A stretch of DNA of 64,000 nt from an uncultured virus (IMG/VR IMGVR_UViG_3300011187_000006) (IMGVR_UViG_3300011187_000006:1-64000), one strand, 5' to 3'. Shown: positions 1 to 10,525, numbered from the stretch's first letter. A program made the numbers and translations. Notes: generated by a model not told the origin, from the sequence alone.

Positions 1-174
1 TTCTAAGTATCTTCTGTTTAAATATACACCACCATCAACATCAATGCTCAAATCATCATTAATAGTATAGTTCTCTATTCCATACTTATCACACACTTCT
101 ATAACTCCCTCTCTTGTAGTTGGTAAGTTAGGGCTAGTGCTTTCGAATATTTTATAGGGTTTTATATGTTTCAT
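1..174 (-). CDS. 5' part of a third leucine-rich-repeat-like paralog (runs off the window start)
   Basis: Reads MKHIKPYKIFESTSPNLPTTREGVIEVCDKYGIENYTINDDLSIDVDGG, near-identical to the N-termini of 738..1406 and 1408..2079. Confidence 0.85.
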   Translation of the reverse strand, partial: MKHIKPYKIFESTSPNLPTTREGVIEVCDKYGIENYTINDDLSIDVDGGVYLNRRYLE

Positions 175-175
175 T

Positions 176-688
176 TTACTTTTTAATTGTGGTAAACTCT
201 TTTTTTAAGAAGTTATTGAAATTCATAACAGATTTGCCCTTCTTGCTATCATCTTTAACACCATTCTTATCATCTTTTTTCTTCTGATTGAATGAATTTC
301 TAAGAGCTTTTAAATCTATTTTCTTCTCTCTTGACTTCTTACCAGTCATAGCACCATGATTTCTACCCATCGGTACCATTTGGAAAACCCTATTATTACC
401 ACTTGGATTATAAGGTGCTGCCACATCACCAGATCCAGATGTTCCACCATTGCTTGCCCAGCTAGTTCCTATAGTCTGACCACCAAGACCTGATGGTTGT
501 GATGAGACGATAGCTCCTGCACCACCACCTGCTGATGGTCCGCCAGTAGCCGAAGTGTTTTCAGTTAGTTTAGATTCTTCTATTTTTATAGCATCTAAAA
601 CGTTATACATTTTCAAACTACTAAGCTCTCTATTACTTATTAATTTACTCTTTAAATTATAAAGTTGTTCTAAATTAAGATTTTTCAT
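176..688 (-). CDS. Gly/Ser-rich hypothetical protein, possible virion internal protein
   Basis: 170-aa ORF with Gly-rich middle and Lys-rich tail; TATATA promoter-like motif upstream. Confidence 0.6.
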   Translation of the reverse strand: MKNLNLEQLYNLKSKLISNRELSSLKMYNVLDAIKIEESKLTENTSATGGPSAGGGAGAIVSSQPSGLGGQTIGTSWASNGGTSGSGDVAAPYNPSGNNRVFQMVPMGRNHGAMTGKKSREKKIDLKALRNSFNQKKKDDKNGVKDDSKKGKSVMNFNNFLKKEFTTIKK

Positions 689-737
689 ATTCTTTTAAAG
701 CATTTAAAGTATATATAAAAATAAGATAATGTATTAG

Positions 738-1406
738 TTATTCTATTATTTCATAGTGTTTTTTAATTTTATCTAAGTCAGGCATTTCTAAATCATTATC
801 TTTAATAAAAGTTTGGAGTCTATCTAACATAACAGTATCACCATTTCTAACAATCTCATAGTCTACGAAGTCTTCTATCATAAAGCTATCCGCTTTATTG
901 ATAAAGGTATATACTAATAAATTTACTGTGTTTTCCTCTATATCTATAATTCCATTTACTTCTGGGAAGTGTTCTAGGTCTTTTAATTCATTTCTATAAC
1001 AACTAAAATTACCACCTACTGTCTGTGGACCACCCTCTAGTGTTTTTAATTCATTATTATAACAATTAAAATCCCCATTTACCGTTTGTGGACTACCTTC
1101 TAATGTCTTTAATTCATTATAACCACAACCAAAATTACCACCTACTGTTAGTGGACTACCTTCTAACGATACTAATATATTTTCACGACAAAAAAATCCA
1201 CCACTCACATAATTAAATCTAAGAGGTAGATATTTTAAGTCTTGTATATTTAAATATACACTACCACCAACATCGATACTTAAATCATCATTAATAGTAT
1301 AGTTTCCTATTCCATACCTATTACACACTTGTATAACTTCTTCTCTTGTAGTTGGGAAGTTAGGACTTTTATTCTCGAATATTTTATAGGGTTTTATATG
1401 TTTCAT
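738..1406 (-). CDS. Leucine-rich-repeat-like protein (22-aa LxxLEGxPxxVxGxFxCxxN repeats)
   Basis: Internal tandem repeats visible in translation; paralog of the neighbouring gene. Confidence 0.75.
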   Translation of the reverse strand: MKHIKPYKIFENKSPNFPTTREEVIQVCNRYGIGNYTINDDLSIDVGGSVYLNIQDLKYLPLRFNYVSGGFFCRENILVSLEGSPLTVGGNFGCGYNELKTLEGSPQTVNGDFNCYNNELKTLEGGPQTVGGNFSCYRNELKDLEHFPEVNGIIDIEENTVNLLVYTFINKADSFMIEDFVDYEIVRNGDTVMLDRLQTFIKDNDLEMPDLDKIKKHYEIIE

Positions 1407-1407
1407 T

Positions 1408-2079
1408 TTATTCTATTATTTTATAGTGTTTTTTAATTTTTTCCAAATCTGGCATTTCTAAATTATTATCTTTAATGAAAGTTTGGAGTCTATCTAACAT
1501 AACAGTATCTCTGTTTCTAACTATTTCATAGTCGTTAAAATCTTCTATCATAAAGCTATCAGCATTTTCAATAAAGGTATATACTAAGTGATATACTGCG
1601 TTTTTCTTCATACTTATAAACCCATTCACTTCTGGGAAATGTTCTAAGTCTCTTAATTCATTTTTGTAACAATAAAAATTACCACCTACTGTTTGTGGGC
1701 TACCCTCTAATGTCTTTAATTCATTATGAGAACAATCAAAAAAACCATCTACTGTTTGTGGACAACCTTCTAATGTTTTTAATTTATTACTATGGCAATA
1801 AAAATGACCACCTACTGTTTGTGGACTACCTTTTAATGATCTTAATTTACGATTATAAGAACAATTAAAACTACCACTCACATAATTAAATCTAAGTGGT
1901 AAGTATTCTAATTTTTTATTACGCAAAAAAACACCACCATTAACATCAATACTTAAATCATCATTAATAGTGTATTTTCTTATATCATACTTTTCACACA
2001 CTTCTATAACTTCCTCTTTTGTAGTTGGGAAGTTAGTACTAGCACTCTCGAATATCTTATAAGGTTTTATATGTTTCAT
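1408..2079 (-). CDS. Leucine-rich-repeat-like protein, tandem paralog
   Basis: Same repeats and termini as 738..1406; TTAATATATA just upstream on the minus strand. Confidence 0.75.
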   Translation of the reverse strand: MKHIKPYKIFESASTNFPTTKEEVIEVCEKYDIRKYTINDDLSIDVNGGVFLRNKKLEYLPLRFNYVSGSFNCSYNRKLRSLKGSPQTVGGHFYCHSNKLKTLEGCPQTVDGFFDCSHNELKTLEGSPQTVGGNFYCYKNELRDLEHFPEVNGFISMKKNAVYHLVYTFIENADSFMIEDFNDYEIVRNRDTVMLDRLQTFIKDNNLEMPDLEKIKKHYKIIE

Positions 2080-2126
2080 AGAGTATATATTAATTTGTAT
2101 ATTATGTATTAAAATATAAACAAAAC

Positions 2127-2810
2127 ATGTTTCTTATAATATATAAATATAAAGGTAACCACCACCCAATGGATAGAATTAAAGAGTTAGAATTGAAAAA
2201 ACTTATAAAAGAGTTAGATTATATAGAAGAAAACTATAATTATGTATCCGAAATAGTCTCAAATTCTGATGATTTATTCACAAAAGCTATTGATGATGTT
2301 CTAGAAGATAATCCTAGTCTTAAAAAAGCATATAACAATAAATTAGAACAAGCTCTAAATAAAGACTTAGAAAATAAAATAAAAGAACTTAAAAATGAAA
2401 TATCACAAGAAAGTGAAAAGAATGATGATAATAAGGAAGAGAAGGAAAGCATTGAAGAGTCTGTTGGAAAAGTGGATGGTGATATAAAGTTAAAACAATT
2501 ATATAGGTCTATTGCTAAAATAACACATCCAGATAAAGTTAAAGATAAGAAAAAAAATAATACGTATATAAATGCTACTGTTGCATATAAAGATAAGGAT
2601 AGAATAGCTATGTATAGAATATGTGATGGGTTAGATATAAATTATAGCCTAGATGAAAGTGATAAGGATAACATGTTAGGAGTAATAGATTCTTATCGAG
2701 ATAAAACAGTATTTTTGGAATCTACCTTTACCTGGAAATGGTTTAATACAGAGGATAATAAAACAAAAGAAAATATTGTTATGACATTTATTAAAATGAA
2801 GTTAAGATAA
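2127..2810 (+). CDS. J-domain-like (DnaJ-type HPD motif) coiled-coil protein; true start probably 2169
   Basis: LKQLYRSIAKITHPDK motif. Confidence 0.6.
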   Translation: MFLIIYKYKGNHHPMDRIKELELKKLIKELDYIEENYNYVSEIVSNSDDLFTKAIDDVLEDNPSLKKAYNNKLEQALNKDLENKIKELKNEISQESEKNDDNKEEKESIEESVGKVDGDIKLKQLYRSIAKITHPDKVKDKKKNNTYINATVAYKDKDRIAMYRICDGLDINYSLDESDKDNMLGVIDSYRDKTVFLESTFTWKWFNTEDNKTKENIVMTFIKMKLR

Positions 2811-2814
2811 TGCT

Positions 2815-4623
2815 TTATTTACCCAACCAGTCCCATCTACAAGATCCACAATCAAAAATTCTATAATATCCAATTTCATTCATTATTTCTATTTCTGTTT
2901 TATCTGAACTATACCCCATTTTAACAAGCTTGTCCTTCCTCCAGTTAAACCTATGTGTTTTTATACCATCAATAACCCAGTAATAATTAGGTACAGTTTG
3001 ATGATTTCTCTTAAATTTTAATACATCATACAGATTTCCCTTTCCCCTAGACGAATCACTATAACTCATTACATATTCTGGATTATAATTCTTTATGAAG
3101 AAATTAAATAACTTAGATGCACCACCTATAACAGATGTATTTATCTTATTACAGAACCTTAATAACTCCCATCTATTTGCAGAGGATTTATGACCTAAAG
3201 ATTTTCTAAGGCTACCAAAACTTATTAAACTAACTAGTTCTTTCTCAAAAAATAAGCCTATTTTAACTCTAGAACCAACAAATCCCTGTATATGATTGTC
3301 TAATAAAAACTTCTTAACTATAGAGTTATCTTTTATCTCTTTAATAACACACTTTCTAGCAAATATCCTATCTGATTTATTTAACTTATAAGATATAATA
3401 GATTTTACAATATCTTTCTTATAATCCCAATCATCTTCCCAAATGTGTATTAATTGAATATCAACATCTTCACACTCTTTACTTTTGTCTAAATGGTAAC
3501 TCTTGGTCTTAAACAAATCACTATGCCAATAAAGTCCATTAAACTCAAATGCTATTTTTAAAGAAGGTATATATATGTCTAACTCCTTTGATATAATATC
3601 CCTAGCATTTGAAACAATCTTTCCCTTGTATATGCTTTTTATAAAGTCTAATACTTCTAGCTCTTTATTAGATTTACCACTAGATATAGGATTACAATAT
3701 ACACATACACCACTATTTGATTTAATACGAAACCACATAAGTTGTCTATTTATACTAAAATGCTTATCACATGTTTCACACACTAGCTTAAACACAGTAT
3801 CAGTATTGTTATTATTTTGCTTCTTTGATATAAAGGATACTTCTTTTGGTAAAGAATCTATAAGGCTTTTCATTTGTGTATTATTATAAGAATCAATTCT
3901 TTTTTTAGCTATTGTATTTGCCTTAAAGTGATGGTCAACTCCCCATTTTTTCATTGATGATTCTTTTATCTTCTCATTCCTATAGTCATTAAATAATGAT
4001 ATACTACCCCAATTTTCTTCTAGTGTTTTCTTCTTCTTTTCATCTATTAACTTCTTTTCATCTAATGATTTGTCCTTATTAGAATTTGCCCTTGTTCTAA
4101 TTATATCCTCTCTATCTGTGTTGTGTGAAAAGGTACTTATGCTTTTCTTAGATATTAGATTTGATTGCTGAGCCCATTTAACACCATACCTATCATCCAT
4201 AGTGGAGTTAAATCTAGCCTTAACATCATTATTATGCATATAATGCTTACCATCCCATTTCTCTTTAATCTTATATTGTTCTTTATCTTTTATCTCTTTT
4301 GACTTCTTAGGATTGTCTACACCATATTTATCTATACAAGTATTTTTTCTTGATATAACTACACATTCTTTAGAACCACATGTTTTTCTATGTCCATTTT
4401 TAAAGCCTATGAACTTAGTTCTTTGTCCACAAAAACATAGATTCGGTATATTAATTCTATTTATATAATAATATATTTTTTCTGATGTTGTTAAGGGAAT
4501 ATCCATAAATGATTTACCAAGTGAGTCATTTATGTGTTTTAAATACAAAAAATTCTCACTTTTATTCAAAAAGCTACACAATGATCCTATATTGCATGTC
4601 TTTTTTTCTATTAGTTCTCGCAT
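2815..4623 (-). CDS. Hef-like homing endonuclease (KYGVDNP-type repeats, PD-(D/E)xK-like nuclease, C-terminal GNAT-like domain)
   Basis: ELDIYIPSLKIAFEFNGLYWHS, IHIWEDDW and WELLRFC..GGASKL motifs; paralog of 10992..12731. Confidence 0.7.
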   Translation of the reverse strand: MRELIEKKTCNIGSLCSFLNKSENFLYLKHINDSLGKSFMDIPLTTSEKIYYYINRINIPNLCFCGQRTKFIGFKNGHRKTCGSKECVVISRKNTCIDKYGVDNPKKSKEIKDKEQYKIKEKWDGKHYMHNNDVKARFNSTMDDRYGVKWAQQSNLISKKSISTFSHNTDREDIIRTRANSNKDKSLDEKKLIDEKKKKTLEENWGSISLFNDYRNEKIKESSMKKWGVDHHFKANTIAKKRIDSYNNTQMKSLIDSLPKEVSFISKKQNNNNTDTVFKLVCETCDKHFSINRQLMWFRIKSNSGVCVYCNPISSGKSNKELEVLDFIKSIYKGKIVSNARDIISKELDIYIPSLKIAFEFNGLYWHSDLFKTKSYHLDKSKECEDVDIQLIHIWEDDWDYKKDIVKSIISYKLNKSDRIFARKCVIKEIKDNSIVKKFLLDNHIQGFVGSRVKIGLFFEKELVSLISFGSLRKSLGHKSSANRWELLRFCNKINTSVIGGASKLFNFFIKNYNPEYVMSYSDSSRGKGNLYDVLKFKRNHQTVPNYYWVIDGIKTHRFNWRKDKLVKMGYSSDKTEIEIMNEIGYYRIFDCGSCRWDWLGK

Positions 4624-4710
4624 GAGTAAGCATATATGTTTTAGTATATATCAAATATAGCCACTTTCTTAATATCAGAAAATAATATATAAGTAAAATA
4701 CTATTTATTT

Positions 4711-5496
4711 ATGGAAGGAGAAGATTACAAACCATTTCAAGGTGGTCAAACAATAGAAGAGTTTATAGATTCTATACAAACAGAATTAACAATAGCATGT
4801 TCTTTACCTAAGACATTACCAGATGAGGCAATAAGGCTTACAATAGAAAAAAGAGCATTGCCATATTTCTATAGGTCTTATATGTATGCAGTTCAGAAAA
4901 TGTACTTTTTAATAAGAAAGGAAGCCTTTCAGACAGATGAATTTACTAAGTATAACTATGTGACAGTTCCTTGTGAAATACAGTCTGTAACTTACTTATA
5001 TGAAGTTAGAGGGGATTCATTGTTTCAGTTGGGTATTAATACTCCTAATATGTCGGTTAATTTAGGTGTTACAAATCAACCCTACCTATCTTCCTACGTA
5101 ACCACAATCGGTGAGCTTGGGGTGTATAAAACAGTACTAGATAGTATGTCTGATATGCTTAACCAGATGAATAAGTATACATTAAAGCACCAATACAACC
5201 AATTAAACCACAGATTACACATATTGACTAATATTAAGCACAACGTGATTATGGAAGCCTATGCCGATATTCCTAAAGAGAATTTATTTAACGATGACCT
5301 TTTCTTTAAATATGTAGCAGGGTATGCTAAACAACAACTAGGCAACATGGTTGGTAGGTATGACTTCTCATTGCCTGGTGCTGTTAAGATAAATGGAGCT
5401 GACTTGGTATCACAGGGAAAGGAGGAAACTAAGGAGGTTACGGATTATATAGGCGAAATGTCTAATTCATCATTCTTCTTCATGGTTAAAAAATAA
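4711..5496 (+). CDS. Neck/head-completion protein, T4 gp13-like
   Basis: C-terminal AKQQLG...SLPGAVKING resembles the gp13 LPGGVxxNG motif. Confidence 0.65.
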   Translation: MEGEDYKPFQGGQTIEEFIDSIQTELTIACSLPKTLPDEAIRLTIEKRALPYFYRSYMYAVQKMYFLIRKEAFQTDEFTKYNYVTVPCEIQSVTYLYEVRGDSLFQLGINTPNMSVNLGVTNQPYLSSYVTTIGELGVYKTVLDSMSDMLNQMNKYTLKHQYNQLNHRLHILTNIKHNVIMEAYADIPKENLFNDDLFFKYVAGYAKQQLGNMVGRYDFSLPGAVKINGADLVSQGKEETKEVTDYIGEMSNSSFFFMVKK

Positions 5497-5545
5497 AATC
5501 TTTGTTCACCATCTATGGTATCCATATTTTTCTCATATATAATAT

Positions 5546-6370
5546 ATGAAAACAATATGCATATATACACTAGTAGATCCAATAACTAATCAGATAAGGT
5601 ATGTTGGCAAAACCCAATTAAAGGTAAATAAAAGGCTAAATGCACATATAACAACTTCTAAGCTAGGATCAAAATCTCACAAAGCTAATTGGATTAGATC
5701 TCTACTTGAAAAAGATAAAAAACCTACTATAGAAGTTATTGATGAGGTTTCTAGTGAGGATTGGGAGTTTTGGGAAACTTACTGGATAACACAACTAAGA
5801 TGCTGGGGATTTAACCTAACAAACTTAACTAGTGGTGGCATAGGACTCAATGGTTATAAACATAATAAAGATAGTAAGCTAAAAATGAGAAAATCCAAAC
5901 TAGGATGTACTTTGACAAATTCACATAAAGAAGAAATTTCAAAGTCTGTGAAAGACATATACATAGATAGGCCAAACTATAATAGGAGTGGTAATAATAT
6001 TAAAAAAGTAATTGATAAAGACTTACTATACAAATTATATATAACGGATAATCTATCTATACCAAGTATTTCTAAGGAATTAGGTTTTAGTGGAAAGAAA
6101 ATATGGCAGTCTTTACAAGACCATAATATTAAAAAAGAAAAAGAAGTTTGGAAAAAACAACTTAGTAACTCAAAGAAAATTGTGTATCAATATAGTTTAG
6201 ATGGTAACTTTTTAAAAGAATGGGATTCCCCAGCTCAAGTAAATAGAGAACTAGGTTATAATAAAGGCAATATAGCAAATGTGTGTAGGGGTTTGTCAAA
6301 GACAGCAATGGGATTCATATGGAGATATAAAGATGAGTTCATTAAGATTGATTTAGATTTGATAAGATAA
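5546..6370 (+). CDS. GIY-YIG homing endonuclease with NUMOD-type DNA-binding modules
   Basis: CIYTL...RYVGKT, NLTSGG and VYQYSLDG...TAMGFIWRY motifs. Confidence 0.8.
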   Translation: MKTICIYTLVDPITNQIRYVGKTQLKVNKRLNAHITTSKLGSKSHKANWIRSLLEKDKKPTIEVIDEVSSEDWEFWETYWITQLRCWGFNLTNLTSGGIGLNGYKHNKDSKLKMRKSKLGCTLTNSHKEEISKSVKDIYIDRPNYNRSGNNIKKVIDKDLLYKLYITDNLSIPSISKELGFSGKKIWQSLQDHNIKKEKEVWKKQLSNSKKIVYQYSLDGNFLKEWDSPAQVNRELGYNKGNIANVCRGLSKTAMGFIWRYKDEFIKIDLDLIR

Positions 6371-6398
6371 GCAATATTTGTAACTTAATATATACTTT

Positions 6399-6839
6399 AT
6401 GAATCATATTAAAAAATTCGAAAATTATACACCTGAATTAAACTATTCATTAGAATATTATAAAAAATTCAAAGAGTCGGATTTTCCCAAAACTCTAACT
6501 TTTAGTAATCCTAAAGCAACATATAAAAGAGTTGCATTTGTACCAGGATCTAATAAGGTATTTATGGACTATCGTTTAGATAGTAAAGATCCTAATAGGG
6601 ATAATAGTTACGAAGGAAGTATACCAGAGCAAGTTAGATTTAATTTTTCGGTCACATATGATATGACTGATAAGAAAGAGAAAACTAAATGCTTTGTGAA
6701 GATTGAAGCTGGGACACTTACTTGGTTAGAATTTGATTATGAGGATGGTGAAATTGATTACATGGATGTCAAAAGAGCTAAACTAACTACAAAATCATTT
6801 AGTGATATAAAAAAAATACTCAAAAAATACTCAATATAA
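6399..6839 (+). CDS. Hypothetical protein with MNHIKKFE N-terminal motif
   Basis: ORF track; TTAATATATA upstream. Confidence 0.6.
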   Translation: MNHIKKFENYTPELNYSLEYYKKFKESDFPKTLTFSNPKATYKRVAFVPGSNKVFMDYRLDSKDPNRDNSYEGSIPEQVRFNFSVTYDMTDKKEKTKCFVKIEAGTLTWLEFDYEDGEIDYMDVKRAKLTTKSFSDIKKILKKYSI

Positions 6840-6841
6840 TT

Positions 6842-7207
6842 ATGGGAAAAAGAAACAAAAGATTTATAAAAACAATGGCAATGTTTATAAAAGAAAGTGC
6901 TGAAGTGGACGAAACTTATATAGAGACAATTGAATTTGATGATGAAACATTAACTATACACAAAATTGCGGATAGTCCATTAAAAACACAGTTTTATGCT
7001 AATACATTGGAAGGAGAATCTTACATTGATATAAGTAAGATATTATCTGATAACATGTTAATAGATGCTGTGTGGATAGAGAAAGGTGGTGATGAAGAAA
7101 GAATAGCTGATAAAATAGATTGTTTGTCTAAAACAGACAAAACTACTAAGGCTGGTTTTAAAACTTTCATAATGTATAAAATGAACTACCCATTAGCTAA
7201 AGACTAA
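6842..7207 (+). CDS. Hypothetical protein whose 3' end is altered by the IS605 insertion
   Basis: Last codons (MNYPLAKD) come from the IS right end; removing 7181-8959 restores ...IMYKINK-stop. Confidence 0.55.
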   Translation: MGKRNKRFIKTMAMFIKESAEVDETYIETIEFDDETLTIHKIADSPLKTQFYANTLEGESYIDISKILSDNMLIDAVWIEKGGDEERIADKIDCLSKTDKTTKAGFKTFIMYKMNYPLAKD

Positions 7208-8382
7208 TGTGTTTCGGGTTTCACAGAGTGTGCTTCTTCACAGAAGTCTGATTTACTCTCCACCTTTGTATTGGACAGTCCCTGCCCAAATATTTTTAAA
7301 CCTTCTTTTAGAATGTTTTTACTTGCATTTATGTCCCTATCATGAGTTTCACCACAAGGTGAGCAAGTCCATTCTCTGTGTGAAAGTTTTAATCCTTGAT
7401 TTATCCAACCACAACTATTACAAGTTTTTGATGATGGAAAAAATCTACCTATTTTAACAAGTTCTTTTCCATACCAATTACACTTATATTGAAGTAATGT
7501 AACAAAATTACCCCAACTTACATCAGCAATATGTTTAGATAACTTATGATTTTTAATCATACCCTTTACATTCAAATCTTCAACACTTATTAAATCATAA
7601 GATTCGACAAGTTCTCTACTAACTTTGTGTAAGGTATCCAATCTACAACTTGCTATCTTTTCGTGAATTTTAGCAACTTTGAGTCTTTGTTTTTTAAACC
7701 CATTACTACCTTTTTGTTTACGAGATAAATGCTGTTGTACTTTCTTTAATTCTCTAGCATACTTTTTAGTATATTTATTATTTTTATATTTTTTATTATC
7801 TGAGGTAATCACAAAATCTTTGATACCTAAATCAATACCCACTTTTTTACCAGTTTTAGGTAATTGTTCGATTTCTTGTTCGGTGAAAATAGAAACATAA
7901 TATTTACCTGTTGGTGTTTTAGTAATGCTCATTTTACCAATTTTGCCTTTAATTTTTCTCCTATCTAATTTAACTTTAATACCACCTTTAAATTTAGGTA
8001 TAATTATTTTATTTTCTTCTAATCTACCAAACTGAGGAATAGTGAATGTGTTTTTGTTTTTTCTTGATTTAAAATTAGGAAACTGAGCATTACCACGAAA
8101 AAAATTAACATAAGAAGTATCTAAACACCTTAAAGCAAATTGTATAGTCTGGCTATTAACTTCTTTTAACCATTTATAATCTTCATCTTTCTTTAATTCT
8201 GTTAAAGATTTTGCTTGAACATAATAGTTATCTGATTTCTTATCTTTTTGATATTGTTCTTTACGCTCATTAAGAAAATGGTTATATATGAATCTTGAAC
8301 ACCCAAAATGTTTAGACAACAAGATTTCTTGCTCTTTATTTGGGCAAATTCTAAATTCATATGACTTATTAACGACTTTCAT
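7204..8382 (-). CDS. tnpB: RNA-guided endonuclease TnpB
   Basis: RuvC motifs GIDLG, VEDL and DRDINA; Zn finger CxxC...CxxC; HTH N-terminus. Confidence 0.93.
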   Translation of the reverse strand: MKVVNKSYEFRICPNKEQEILLSKHFGCSRFIYNHFLNERKEQYQKDKKSDNYYVQAKSLTELKKDEDYKWLKEVNSQTIQFALRCLDTSYVNFFRGNAQFPNFKSRKNKNTFTIPQFGRLEENKIIIPKFKGGIKVKLDRRKIKGKIGKMSITKTPTGKYYVSIFTEQEIEQLPKTGKKVGIDLGIKDFVITSDNKKYKNNKYTKKYARELKKVQQHLSRKQKGSNGFKKQRLKVAKIHEKIASCRLDTLHKVSRELVESYDLISVEDLNVKGMIKNHKLSKHIADVSWGNFVTLLQYKCNWYGKELVKIGRFFPSSKTCNSCGWINQGLKLSHREWTCSPCGETHDRDINASKNILKEGLKIFGQGLSNTKVESKSDFCEEAHSVKPETH

Positions 8383-8482
8383 AATATTATATATTAAATT
8401 TTTAAAGTCCCTTTTACAAAATCGTGAATTATTTTGTAAAAGTTTCCATCTTTGAGTAAAAAACTTTTAAAAATAATTTACT

Positions 8483-8896
8483 ATGTCTAAAAAATCTAAT
8501 TACAATTCAACAAATCGTTCGAAACATTATCTAAAATGTTATTTAATCTTTGTATGTAAATACCGAAAGAAATTACTTGTTGGTCAATTAAAAGATGATA
8601 TGAAACAATTATTATTAAATATTACTTCTAAAAGTGATTTTGAAATAGAAGTATTTGAAAGTGATATAGACCATATACATTTTTTAATTAGATATATACC
8701 TCGTTTATCTATTACATCAATTGTTAGAAAATTAAAACAAGAATCTACTTATCATATATGGCGTTCTACATATAGAAATTATTTATTTAATCATTTCTGG
8801 AAAGAAAAAACATTTTGGTCAGATGGTTATTTTGTTTGTTCAATTGGAGAAGCTAATCCAAATACCATCAAACAATATATTTTAACACAAGGTTAG
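8483..8896 (+). CDS. tnpA: IS200-type Y1 (HUH) transposase TnpA
   Basis: KYRK, DHIH, FWSDGYF and YI..Q motifs. Confidence 0.93.
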   Translation: MSKKSNYNSTNRSKHYLKCYLIFVCKYRKKLLVGQLKDDMKQLLLNITSKSDFEIEVFESDIDHIHFLIRYIPRLSITSIVRKLKQESTYHIWRSTYRNYLFNHFWKEKTFWSDGYFVCSIGEANPNTIKQYILTQG

Positions 8897-8974
8897 AATT
8901 ACTTTTTGTCAAATTCATCACAGAAGCTAAAGACTTCTGTGTTTTCTTTGGCGAATTATATAAATAAATAAATA

Positions 8975-9003
8975 AAAAAAACCACCTCTAATGTGGTTTT
9001 TTT
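8975..9003. terminator. Bidirectional intrinsic terminator
   Basis: A-tract, ACCAC/GTGGT stem, T-tract between convergent genes. Confidence 0.6.
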
Positions 9004-10064
9004 TATTTATGGAATCTATTAAAAGACATTTGTGATATTTGAATAATCTCTGGTCCGCCTATAAAATCTTCTAGTGTTCTACACCCAGTATATGACATAG
9101 CGGATTTTAAATAATCGCTAAAGTTTTCTACCCATCCGTCCAAAGTATATTCGACCAAGTTATATTTGGTTATACCTTCACCTGTTTTTAAATCTTTTTT
9201 ATTCCAGGCTTTCTGTACTTCTTTTGTTGACATACCTCTATAGTATTTATATACATTATCACCACTTTCAAATAATGTCCTAGCAGTCATATAATCCTTT
9301 TCTACATAAGTATTATCACTAAGCTTAGTATAACTAGTGCTACAACTTTCCATACATTTATTAAAAATACCACCAAGCATAACATAATCAGCACCAACTG
9401 CAATGGCTTTTATAACATCTGAAAAGCTTCTAAAGCCACCGTCTGCTATTATTTTTGTTGGCTTAGCATACAACAATCCTATATCATAACACTCTGATAT
9501 AAGCGATGCCATTGGGTAATGGATAGATACATTGGCAGATGTTGTACAAGAACTTCCGCCACCTATACCAACTCTTATATAATCAACACCAATAGCACAA
9601 TAAGTTTTATATGTTTCTGGGTTGGCTATATTACCAACCATAAGTTCCTTATCATTGCCATACTTATCTTTTATCTTTTTTGATATATTTATAAGTTTTT
9701 CCATATGACCATTAGCAACATCTATTAGTATCCTATTTGGTAATAACAAATCATTATTTACTTTCTCTATAATATCATCAAGTCCATATGAATAGAAATA
9801 CTTCTGTTCACTGCCTTTCTTGAACTTAACATTTCTAGGTAGACAAACGTTTATATCCTTATCGTGAAATGTTTTAGAATTATTCCCATCAATAACTGTA
9901 TCCATTGGTGCAGTGAATAAAGGAAGCATATTATATAAGTCTTTTATAGTAACTTCATTTCTTGAAGATATGCTACTTATAGCCTGTGGTACTAATGATA
10001 TGTCATTCCAATCTAGTTTTATATCTCTCATATTAGTAAAAGATATATCTACCTTGTTCATCAT
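9003..10064 (-). CDS. IMP dehydrogenase/GMP reductase family enzyme
   Basis: APMDTV, DVANGH, RVGIGGGSSCTT, IIADGG, YRGMS and SAMSYTG motifs; no CBS domain. Confidence 0.85.
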   Translation of the reverse strand: MMNKVDISFTNMRDIKLDWNDISLVPQAISSISSRNEVTIKDLYNMLPLFTAPMDTVIDGNNSKTFHDKDINVCLPRNVKFKKGSEQKYFYSYGLDDIIEKVNNDLLLPNRILIDVANGHMEKLINISKKIKDKYGNDKELMVGNIANPETYKTYCAIGVDYIRVGIGGGSSCTTSANVSIHYPMASLISECYDIGLLYAKPTKIIADGGFRSFSDVIKAIAVGADYVMLGGIFNKCMESCSTSYTKLSDNTYVEKDYMTARTLFESGDNVYKYYRGMSTKEVQKAWNKKDLKTGEGITKYNLVEYTLDGWVENFSDYLKSAMSYTGCRTLEDFIGGPEIIQISQMSFNRFHK

Positions 10065-10341
10065 CTATACAATAAATAGAAATGGGGTATAGTTTGACAA
10101 TTCCTTTCTCTTCCTTTACCATAACTCTAATAGTTCCATCTATAATCTCTTGATTACTTATCTTAGCAGTTGAGCCATTAAGACCTTTGAATACAGAAAA
10201 ACTATCACTAGTGCTATATATTTCCATAAAGTTCTCATTACCATTTATCCTACCCTTCATACTTTTGGGATAGGCTTTGTTAATCATACTCAAGATAGAG
10301 TCTTTCTCTGTGATTTCTACTTTTACTTCGTGTTTTGTCAT
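10033..10341 (-). CDS. Hypothetical protein
   Basis: ORF track; overlaps the start of the IMPDH/GMPR gene. Confidence 0.45.
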   Translation of the reverse strand: MTKHEVKVEITEKDSILSMINKAYPKSMKGRINGNENFMEIYSTSDSFSVFKGLNGSTAKISNQEIIDGTIRVMVKEEKGIVKLYPISIYCIDDEQGRYIFY

Positions 10342-10436
10342 TTTAATGATTTTTATTATTTATTATTTATTGTTTTATGCTCAATGTTCTAAAAAGTTTA
10401 ATAAAAGGAGGCTTTGAATAATAATATATACTTTTA

Positions 10437-10525
10437 ACACCGAGGGGCGAATGCCCTTACTTTAGGATCGGTGTAGTTATAACAACTATAAAAAGCCAGA
10501 AATTCGCTACTTCTGGCTTTTATTT
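10437..10525 (+). ncRNA. Candidate small structured RNA ending in a terminator
   Basis: ACACCGA/TCGGTGT stem enclosing GGGC-GAAT-GCCC; TAATATATA upstream; AAAAGCCAGAA/TTCTGGCTTTT hairpin downstream. Confidence 0.4.

Larger units (their letters stand above)
7181..8959 (-). mobile_element. IS200/IS605-family element (divergent tnpA and tnpB)
   Basis: Subterminal hairpins CATTAG-CTAAAGA-CTAATG (~7191-7209) and CACAGAAG-CTAAAGA-CTTCTGTG (~8918-8941); tnpA and tnpB ORFs; ends inferred. Confidence 0.85.

Noticed and set aside
176..688. MKNLNL start shared with two tRNA leader peptides
   Set aside because: No downstream terminator or tRNA; probably a favoured A/T-rich initiation context
10443..10457. 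GGCGAATG as the core of an HDV-like/theta ribozyme
   Set aside because: It forms a simple GGGC-GAAT-GCCC hairpin; the nested double pseudoknot could not be built
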